NCBI RefSeq assembly: GCF_018350175.1
Contig: NC_058368.1
Location: 47,184,001-47,248,000 of the forward strand
Length of the DNA stretch: 64,000 nt
DNA from: Felis catus
Lineage: Eukaryota
Reading direction: 5' to 3'
Part shown: in pieces, positions 35,801-46,060 of the stretch
Position numbering within the stretch: the stretch's first letter is position 1
Layout: each line of letters opens with the position of its first letter
Position numbers and translations under genes: made by a program
The notes under the pieces: model-generated
Seen by the model: the letters and a program-made list of their open reading frames with translations, nothing else
The model's database searches: none
Told to the model about the DNA's origin: nothing

Positions 35801-38800
35801 CTTATATTTCGAAATCTAAAGTTTCATACTGGTTCTTTAAAACCCAGTCTATATTGGCTCAATAATTGCACGGCTTGGGCATCTTATACAGATGGGAAAA
35901 TTAGTACCTATAATTAGGGCCGTGTCCCACTTCCCTTCATTTATGCTGTGATTTCAGCAGTGGCAACTGTGGTCTTTGGTTTACTGTTCTTAGTATCAGT
36001 CTCCCTTTCCAATTCACAGCTATAAACCAAAATTTTGGTTCTATCTGCATATTTCCAATGTGAAATCAAAGCATTCAGTCTGAGCAGATCGTTGTATATA
36101 CTGGTGAGAATGGAGCAAAAGAACTAGAGACAGTCTCATCAACAAGGTCACAATCCTTAAAATGACTTCTACTCATAGCCCCCATACCATTAGCAACACT
36201 GGACCTCTCAATAACACCAAACCAGAATATGAAATCATCTGTGCAGTCACTATACCATGAAAGTTAGAATTTATTAATTCAATCACTCAGTAACTTATCT
36301 TTAAATACTTTGGCTTTTTTTTTGAAGGGGTAAGGGAAGTGGTTGGCTGAGCAAACACAAGCGCCAAAGGGTTACTAAATACATTGTCTAAGGATTTTCA
36401 TTTTTCTTACTTACAATCTAAAACTTGAAATTTCTCCTGTTTCTCTTTTGTCTTCACTAACTGTGATTCCCTCAAACGTAATGCACTCTCTTTGGTTTTT
36501 AGGGGAATTGAAATATTTATCAAAATTGAAATGAAAGATAAACCCAAATCTACCTCACTAGATGGCAACTCAATGTCATCTGCGAAGAAAACTGAAGTAT
36601 TAAACCTAAGTCTGTTTGTATAAACAGAATTTTGGAGTTTTTTTTTTTTAAAAAACAACAACATAGATTTCATAGTGTTTCTATTTTTCGGTGCATAACC
36701 TGGGTTGTCTTCTAAAGCTTCAAACATGATTATACAACATCATTCCATAAATTTGTTTCCTAAAATTTCTCCATTCCCCTCATTAGTCTTTAAAGTTCCA
36801 TTATTTGCTTCCTTACCAGAATGTATTTCTCTAGAAACATTATATGGATATTATCCAGGTGTGTTAACTCCAGGGTTTTGGCTACAGTCCAGCTTGAACA
36901 ATTAGTTAAAATTCTCTTTTAGTTTTAACCAGATGTTATAGTCCTCATTTCCTGACCTAAAAGGCTCTTTCAAATTATGAAGAACTTTTAAATACTTGTC
37001 CCATTCTCTTTCAGAGCTAGCTGCACCTCAGTGCTAAATTAATATGGTCTGATATTCAGTATGTACATATAATTAGTGAGGTTTATACCACATTTGGAAT
37101 AAATCAGGCTTAAAAAATACTTCAAGTATGAGAAGGCAAGCATTAATTAACAAGGACTTACACGTTATATATTTTTTACTTTAAATCTCCTTTTGCCATG
37201 GTTTTGGCTGAGATTTCAATTACTGAAGAGATCGATGCATTTCTAAATTTCAGGTAGTTTCATCTGTTCAGAGAGACTGTAATCTTCCTACTGATAATAC
37301 CTCATAGCCACTTTGCATCTTATCAGGGCCCAGTCAACCCTGCTTATGCTGGAAGTTCTCAATATATATTTACTAACTTGTAGTATGATGCAGTTATATG
37401 TTTTTATAGTTGAAGAATTCTGAAAAGCCACCAGCATAGTTGAATCATTTTTTAGCCCTAATAAACAATATTAGTCATCCATGATCACAGCCATTTGATC
37501 TATTTTTTCTCTTAGTCTTTTAGTTCCTGTAGTTAGTTAACTCCTTACAGCCCTTAGGGGAGCCAAATTAAAGTAACTGTCCTTACTCGTCATTGGTTAC
37601 TGAAATTACCAAAAGAGCAGCCGCTGCAGGCCAGAGACAGTTGATGGCCAAAGGCAGATCCTCTCAGTTCTTAATTCTAAACAACCACAAACAAGGGTGC
37701 TGGGTTGGATGGAGGAAAGGAAGTAAAAGAAACATTTTAAAAGTGCAATCAACTGATTTGAAGAAAATCCCAATGATGTGTGGTATGTGCAATAGACATC
37801 TGAGAGAAAATACTGGCCAGAAGCTATGCTTAACCTTCCCTGTTCCTTACTTCTAGCAAACATTGAGACCAAATGCTTACATCTTTTAAATACAGCTCGT
37901 AGGTTGGTGGCGTTCTGTGTTTAGATAAAAGTGAGTTCAATATTTCTTTATTAATTTTAATGGTATAACAAGAATGGTGTATCATTTTGACATAAAGAGT
38001 TCAAAGTTACTATGCAAGCACTCCTCCATTAATCTTTTAAATATATTTGCTGGGTGAGCAGCCAACATAATCCTGCCTAAACAGATAAGAAAATAGAGAG
38101 CTGGTGATAAGGTGACTCCTTTAAAGCTTCACAACAAATCAGGGAAAGAGACGGAGCTCAAGTTCCCACCCATGCCCCGGGCCGCTTGCGCCTCTACTGC
38201 CCGTGCTCAGGAGAGGAGCAGTAAGCTGATGCTCGGGACTTGCAAATCACTTGATAAAGGAGCCTCATTCTGATCATTTCTGGAATGTTCAGAAGAGAAC
38301 TCCACAAGTGAAACGTCTGCAAAGTTCAGAAGAGAATTCCACAAGAAGTATTTTTTGTCATATTATCAGTATTTTGAGTCGTATCCCTTGCATAGCGTCG
38401 GCTTTTAATTATCTAGGGAATAATTATCCATTTGTGGTTTATCGAGGCCCCTTTCTTCGCCCTGCTTCCTGTCTTTGGGCCATTTCACTGCTCATTAATA
38501 TTTGCATCAGAGACCAGATCTGCTGATTTACTATGCTGGTGTGTCTAGTGAGAGATTTGGTGGGCAAAGAGATAGAAACCACTGAATTTGACACTAAATT
38601 CAGATAACCTTAAGGTTTAATCTGCCCATACTAGACGAGGTAGCTGAACTCAGTAACAATTGATAACATAGTTCATTTGTCAGGGAAAGGTCCACTCCTT
38701 TTTGTCTTTGATTCAGCATACCTACTTTTCTCTAATTCTATACTTGATGCTTATTATCACAGATAATTGAAATTTGACAAAAGACACAATCACCTGTGTG

Positions 38801-40079
38801 ATGGATTTTGGCAATGTTCACGTTTTTAAACTCTGCATTTCCCACCCCTAGTAAAGAAGCCTCAATAAATACATCTTCCATTTATTAAGGAGTAAGTGAA
38901 AGGCACGCTTGTTCCATGTTATCTGCAGGTTGGTAGATAAAATATAGCAATCAGCATCCCGCCACGCTTCCCCCTCAAGGATTCCCCTGCTTAAAGAACC
39001 AGTGCTGGTGGTGGCAGATTAGTAAGAAGTCGTGATTGCCTCATGAATCAGGGTGAAGCTTCTCACAGGTGCCAGTTGGTTTGATCTTCCTAGCCACTCT
39101 AGGAGGTTATATATCTTTTGTGATTATCACTCACAGGGATATCCTTGAAGGAAAATGAGGCCGCCTCACCAGAACACAACTAAATGAGACGCACAGAAAG
39201 GAACAGAGACGGTAGAAGAGGACAAGAGAGAGGATTCTTTTAGAGTCTACGCAAATAAAATGGAGTGTGTTGGTGAACTCCCTCTTGCTGCCACTCAAAG
39301 CCCTATTCCTAGAGCTGTGCTGACCGCATCAAAACAATGCTGCTGCATAAGCAAGGGAATAAACAAAGCAAAGACCCATTAGCTCTGTTTCCATTAGACA
39401 CGCGGAGGGTAAAAAAAAAAAAAGAAAAAAATCAATAACAGGCAAACAGAAGATAAAATTGATAGGAAAGAAATGTTAATTTTAGAGCTTTACAACAAGG
39501 TATTGCAAACAATGGCATGCAATAAAACCTTGAAAACTATTTTTAAAACTTTCAAAATCATTTACATGGGGAAAAAGAATTCTAGCAGGAACATATACAG
39601 CATATTAAACTTTAGTGCATTTTTAATGACTTGTCTTAAACAAATTATGCATGAGATAGATTACACATCCCTCACCCACTTAACAAAAAGGCATACGCAG
39701 GAACAAAAAACAAAACCAGGTGGCTTTTAAAAAGAAATTAAGTGTATGCTTGTGACTGATTGGGAGACATGCCAAGTGATGTGAAGGACCTCATAGAATA
39801 GAGTTCTCTCGAAAGAAGTTAGATTGATGGGCTTTTCAGCCCCGGCTGTAGGCAGAACAGTATAAATGATAGCGGTCTCCACTTTTGGATTCCATCCTGT
39901 AAATGCCCACAGCAGACAGGGTAGGAGAGCAGAAGGAATAGGAACTCTGGGATAAAAAGTCTTAGATTTCAGCCCCAGCACCCCCACTCATTAACTGTGC
40001 ACACTTGGACAGGGACTTCATCCGCCCTCCTTTTCTTCATTTGCAAGACGGAGATAATACTAATAATGCTGCCTTAGCT

Positions 40080-40515
40080 TCTTAACTTGGAGCGAGACCC
40101 CAGCCTTGGTATGTTTAAAGACCCCAGACTGTAGGTATGGTTCAAAAACCACTGGTTTGAGAGCATTGGTTCTCAAATTCGAGGGTGCATCTGGAGTTCA
40201 AAGCACAAAGGGCTGAGCCCTGCCCTCAGAGTTTCTGAGTCAGTAGATCTGGGGTTGAGGGGGAGAACCTGTATTTCTGACAGATAACCAGGTAATTCTG
40301 ACGTGGCTGGTATTGGGGCCACATCTGAGAACTTCCAATCAAGTCTTGGGATCCTGTGGTCTACATACCAGCCGGGTCAGCCTCATCCCAGAGCTTATTA
40401 GTCACAGAGACCCACTGAGACTTTGCTGGAAATCCTGGCCCATTCTGCTAACCCAGAATTGGCATTTCACAAGATTTGTACATCCATTAAAGTTTGAGAA
40501 CCTCCGTTCTAGAGC
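40080..40515. mobile_element. Cluster of MER5-type hAT-Charlie MITEs (clearest copy 40163-40336)
   Basis: cattggttctcaaattcgagggtgcatc...cagagtttctgagtcagtagatctgggg...ggggccacatctgagaac; extra MER5-like termini aaaaaccactgg (~40145-40155) and agtttgagaacctccgttctag (~40491-40512). Confidence 0.8.
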
Positions 40516-41584
40516 ATCTGCAGAGGTAACAGATCTAATAAAAAAAAAGATTATGCAAATCTGCTGTAGGGTATTTTAGAAAAGCCTCCCAATCTAAACA
40601 ACAGAAATCCAGGTTCTTGGCATTGGCATTCCGCTCCCCCCAGGAAGTCCTGTGTGTGAAACCGACAACATACACCAAGTGGAAGCAGCTATTCTCATCA
40701 AGCAAGGGGCTTACCCCCACTGCAGTGGGTGCCAGACTGCTGGGTGCCCAACTGAACATTGAGGCCAGGTTGAACAACTGCTATAGCATCTTTCCACTCT
40801 TAATATGAATTTTGTTTCCATAGAGGATGATCTTTTCAGTCATTCCTTATTCTCTTTCCTATCACCCCAAGAAGACTTTCTTTGTGTTTCCCATGGATGT
40901 GCTTATTTCCTATCTATGAACTCAGTGGTGATATGAATTTTGGTCAGAAGCAAAGCAAGCTGAAAAAACCAAGTGCATTTCCATTAGGAAGTTCCTTTAG
41001 GCTAAAGAGTCAGCGGGTTAAGTGTCAATGATCTAATATCAACCTAGCATCACAACGACCCCTTCATTCAAAGAAGTCTTCCCATTACGTGGAATACAAA
41101 TTCGAGCGCCAGCTTCACATTTGTGAGATTTATACGACCATTTAGAGAAATTCTTCTTGTAGCTCCTCTGATAACATCACTGGCAATACAAAGCTGAATG
41201 GTTCAAATCAGGTTTCATCTCAACTATGTAGTGGTTTAGTGTTTGAGGATGAACTTACAGACTATTAAATTTATAAAAACAAAGACAAATATACAACATA
41301 AAACAATTCAAGCTCCAAAAGCTTTATATTAGCTTTTGGAAAAGAATAGCTACCAAAAGAAAAAGGCAATGAAGATTAAATCTTTTAAGATTCAATTTGT
41401 CTATTTTGCCATATAAGGCCTAACCTTGCTGGAGACTTGGAATTATGACTTTATTTTTGGCCCCAACTAAGCAAGGCAGCAGATATCATTTCAATGATAA
41501 GTTTTACAGTAGAATAAATGAGAAGATACTCTGATTTTCAGAACTAACCCTCTCAAGTGATATTAATAATGTAACTATTATGGG

Positions 41585-41586
<2 letters not shown>

Positions 41587-41630
<44 letters not shown>
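41587..41630. repeat. (AT)22 microsatellite
   Basis: Read directly. Confidence 0.97.
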
Positions 41631-41633
<3 letters not shown>

Positions 41634-42949
41634 AACAATGTAAACATAAAAACACATGGACTTTTTAAGTTTTCATATGTGATTTCCTTCTTAAAAGTGA
41701 CGACATGGTGAGAACAAAAACAAGTAAACTATTAGAACCTAAGAGATGTTTTGGACAGAATTATTTTTCAGCCTTACAGTCTGTCTTCCTTCTTATCAAC
41801 TTTAAAAAGAGAAAAGATAGTATCTTTCTCACACAAATAAATCAGAACTCTAAGCACTGTCTCGCTTGCGAGAGAATGCCTTCTACTTCCAATAATGTTG
41901 CCTTTCTAATAAAGCATTTCTGTATGTGTCTTTTTTTTCTTGATGCTAGTTTGCTGCTGCGTTAAGATTTCTCTTAGCTTTATGGGAATTAAAGAATTCA
42001 TTTTTCTTCATTGCGAGGATGGAAATCTCTCTGCTATCTACTTTCAGGCAAGACTTTATTAACAAATCCCATGGCAAAATCCACCACCTACCTGTCGAAA
42101 AAGGTGTGATCTTTCCAATCGAGATGTGCTTAGAACCTAAGCAGCTCCGTTATCCTTTTGTGTTCTATATATTTATCCCTGCATCAAGGAATGATTTATC
42201 TATAAAAGATACCATACATATTTGAATTATTCTTATTTATGCATTATACTAAAGCTTTAGGAATAACGCCCTGGTATCTCCCCCAGGGAGTCCTCCGGGA
42301 AGACTTTGGGAATGATAAATGTTGAATTTGTGTTGCACAAGCAAACAAAATCTCCCAGGCCACAATTTTTTTCTTTTTTAATACAATAGCTCAAAAGCCT
42401 TTTCTCAGACATCTGGAGACAAGAGAGGTTCAGAACAAAGTCAACACCCCAACCAGAGGGTGATACCTTGAGGGCAGGAACCCTACAACCTTGTCATCAG
42501 TCTGCGAGGGCTGTGAAGTAGCAAACAGTCTGCTTGGTGCGTGGATGGGCTGGAAGAGCAGAACTCTCCCCACTTGTAACCACTGTGTATAACCTCCTCC
42601 CGTCCCCACCCCCGGTCTATAAACCACTTTGTTCTACAGAGAAGAGTGGCTTCTTGAGAGTAACGTACAACACTAACACGGAATAAGACGCTTGTCCAAC
42701 CGAAAAGAGGTTTTGAGCTTTTGTTCTGTTAACTTCCGCTTCTGTTGACGTGGTTAGGATGTTAAGCTTTTGGAAGGCAGTTTCTTTGCAAACCCCACCA
42801 GGGCTCACCCAAATCTTGGCACATAATAGTTGTTGGTTAAACTAAACTGCACTGACTTAGTGAAAGCCATTTAGTGTTGACAAAAATAAATACATTAATG
42901 CACGGCTCTACAGCGCTCTCGTTAGATCCTATTTTAAACCTTCCTTTCA

Positions 42950-43075
42950 AATTTTATGTTAAGTTTTTGATTCGGTAATGCATGCAGATGATACAAAATT
43001 CAAAGAAGTATTAAACATCATCCAGTGAGGAGCAAGCCTCCACTCTGACTCCCAGGTACTCAGTACTCAGTATGG
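42950..43075 (-). mobile_element. Ancient L1M(E)-type 3' end fragment
   Basis: ggtaatgcatgcagatgatacaaaattcaaag...cagtgaggagcaagcctcc resembles reversed L1ME 3'UTR. Confidence 0.5.
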
Positions 43076-44892
43076 GAGGGAAGGTTGATAGCTGGCCTTT
43101 TTATAAAAGGAAGTATTTGGTGGTGGTGGTTGTTTTTGAGGACGGTGGAAAACGAATGCTTTTTCCTTTGGCACTTTAATCCTTAACTTTTCTTGGCCTT
43201 TTCAGACCTGGAAAACAATCTCTCTTTAAGATAAATAAAACCCAGGACACCACCTGAAATCCGCAAACAGTACTAGTAAGGCTGGTAGTAGCAAGTCTAA
43301 AAGCCATCCACCTGAGACCACGACCACGCCTGCCAGCCCGAGAGTCACATTGCCAACAGCATCGACGAGGGCGGGTCTTACCTTTAACGACCTTGTGCCA
43401 CGTAGGAACAGGCTGCAACAGAAGTCTGCATCGAAAGGTTCCTGCGTTGCCAAGGTTATTTCTCAAAGATATTCCGACAGCCAAGCAGCAGTCTTAAGAA
43501 AGCAGTGAGAAGTTTCAGCTTTTTCTCATCCAGTGGGTAGAGATAAACCACTCAGAGTAAGAATAAAGATTGAGGATTCAGATCAACAGAGCATCTATAC
43601 TACAGCGTTTCCTGATGTTTCAAATCTCCTGCTCTTGTTTTTTGTTTGTTTCGCTTTGCTTTCTTTTGTGAGGTTACATGGACTTTTCACCTGTGTATAG
43701 GAGCACCTTAATTTCACTACAGCGCAGAAGAAAATGTGTGTTCCTGCGCACTAAACACAAACGAAGAAAAGTGTTTTGGCCCTATAGGAAAACAGTAACC
43801 TCACTATCACTGTTTGTGATTTTATATTATGCTCTAGTGACTTTAGAAAAATCCCTTAATATTTCTTGATATGCTTCACAACCTCTACTCTAAAATAGTT
43901 TTAAGGAAGGAAAATAGAAAGGAAAAGAGTTAACGTTAAAAAATGCATTTTGGAGACAATGACAAATGCATCCTATGAAGAATTATGAAATGTTTCATAT
44001 TATGCGTGCCTCTTTGACACCAACCCATAACACTGGCTTTGACCAGAGATAACTATCGCTTAGGCATTTGATGAGCATTAAATTGTCTTTGGATATTTTT
44101 TAAGTACCTGAGATTTCTCAGGTACTAGAGAACGCTAGATTAAATGAAAGAATACTACAAGCAGATCATCTGAGGCAATTATGGATTTGCAAATCACTTC
44201 TACAACTCAGGATGCTATTTCATTCTCTGAGCAGTTGGTGTAAAGTGGTACATAATTTGAACAATCACCTACTAAAACTTGCAAGCACACGCCTAACGCT
44301 GATTTTTGCAAAATGCATGATAACGCATACTGTATGTTGGAAGGTAAGACAGAGCCCTTAATGTTCCCCTAAGGATGTCTCTTTTTCTTCATTCTCTCCA
44401 ACAGCAATGGTCTTTGCTTCAGGTTCCCTAGCCTAAAAACGATTTATAAATGATTTCAACTTTGAGAAAGTGAATCAGATTTAATCCAAAAAGGAAAAAG
44501 AGAGATAGTAGCATTTACACATTTCTGGAGGCTGGCAGCAAGATAAATCCAATGTGACAAATCTCTGTGGGCTATTAAGTGGATTTTGTTATGGAAAGCA
44601 CACATAAGGCATGCCTAATGAGAACGTAGGGTGCTGGGTTTTGAGAAATGGGCTATTATTTATGAATTCTAGGTGGTATCCAAAAGAAATACATTTAAGG
44701 GCTTAAACACTGATCTCTCCAGGCCCTGGACTTGGCTCTAGGCATTACTCAAAACTGAAAATACGGCATGTATGTGATCCTTCAGATAACCACACATTTT
44801 ATAGGACAATCCATAAGTCTTCAAGGCCTCTAGGCTTTTCATTTCACTAAACAAGATCCTAATTTGAGATTGTCAAGGACACAATCTGTGCC

Positions 44893-45100
44893 ATCATGGA
44901 AAGAGCTCTATCCTAGGAGTCAGAAATTTTGGGTTCAAATCCTGCTCCAGATCCCAGTTTCTTTATCTATAAAATAGTGTGATAATACCTGCCTTGTACA
45001 CTTAATAATGTCCTTGTGAGGTTCAATGAGATAATGTACTAGGAAGAGATTTTGAAGTGTGAGTGCTTTAGACATGTCACATATTAGCATTATTAATACC
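44893..45100 (+). mobile_element. MIR
   Basis: ggaaagagctct...ggagtcaga...gggttcaaatcctgctcc...cagtttctttatctataaaa...gtgaggttcaatgagataatgta. Confidence 0.85.
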
Positions 45101-45440
45101 TGGGAATTCTTTGGGACCACTTAGGATTGCCTCTATGTCAAAATAGCCCCATGGCCAGAATCTGGAGATGCAAGGTCCTCTCCCAGCCCGGGAGAATTAT
45201 CCAATCCAATTTCTTTGCAAAGAAGTCCACGAGAGCAGAGTTGCCAGGAGCTAATCACATTAATATAGAAGCTTTACTCTCGTTCACCAGATTGTGTGCT
45301 ACGTGGACCCAAATCCTGCTTTGTTCATCTTTGTATCCTAAGCGTCCAGCAGAGTTAACTCTCACCAAATAACTGTGAATGAAGTGAAATGAATGAGATG
45401 TCTGCTACTGGCAGCAGCCTAAGTGAGGCATTTTGACAGA

Positions 45441-46060
45441 TATATGAGTCAGAGTTCAGAGAATCAGAACCACCAGGAAATATATACATACAAAGGGATT
45501 TACCATGGGGCTTGGGCTCTGCTCAATTGTGGGAGCTGGTTAAACAGTACATGAAGGCTGTTGCTTTTGTGTTTGGTGCCGAAGCCCGAAGGCCGTAGGG
45601 CAAGCAGGCAGGAGGAAGAGATGGCCGTGAAGAGGGGAAACGAGGACAAGATGGAACCACAAGGATAATTCGAATCTGCAAAGGAGGGACAGGAACCTAC
45701 ATCCGTGTCTCATACACACACCCCCATGAGACCCCACCTTTGATGATGAGGATGTTCTACAGGTGAAGCTTATGTTCTTCATCCGAGAGCTAAACACATA
45801 CCTGGCCCGGGGATGCAAGAGACTGAAGGAGGAGATCCAGCAGGCCCACGTGCTGCCCCACACCAACCAGGTGAGCCAACAGATGGGTGACAACATACAT
45901 GGGCTGCAGTGGCACCATGTGCCCTGGATGGATGTTCCAACTGCAAGAGATATGGCTGCAGTTTCACTTGCACCTTCCAAGTGTCACTCAAAATGTCTCT
46001 CATGGTCCACGAACTCTGAAGAGAAGGGAGTTCTGGGACATAAGCGTTGACCATCTGCTG
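45441..46060 (-). mobile_element. Old ERVL-class solo LTR (resembles the MER76 family as recalled; name unverified)
   Basis: tatatgagtcagagttcagagaatcagaacc at 45441 is a decayed reversed ERVL LTR 3' end (tgtattagtcagggttc); aattgtgggagctggttaaacag, atggctgcagtttcacttgcaccttccaa and gaagggagttctggga are LTR-type blocks; right boundary approximate. Confidence 0.7.
45757..45933 (+). pseudogene. APOA4: Captured fragment of apolipoprotein A-IV coding sequence inside the LTR
   Basis: LQVKLMFFIRELNTYLARGCKRLKEEIQ------QAHVLPHTNQVSQQMGDNIHGLQWHHVPWMD aligns to recalled human APOA4 [65 protein letters not shown], 29/59 identities by hand with one 6-aa gap; a fragment, not the gene. Confidence 0.85.
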
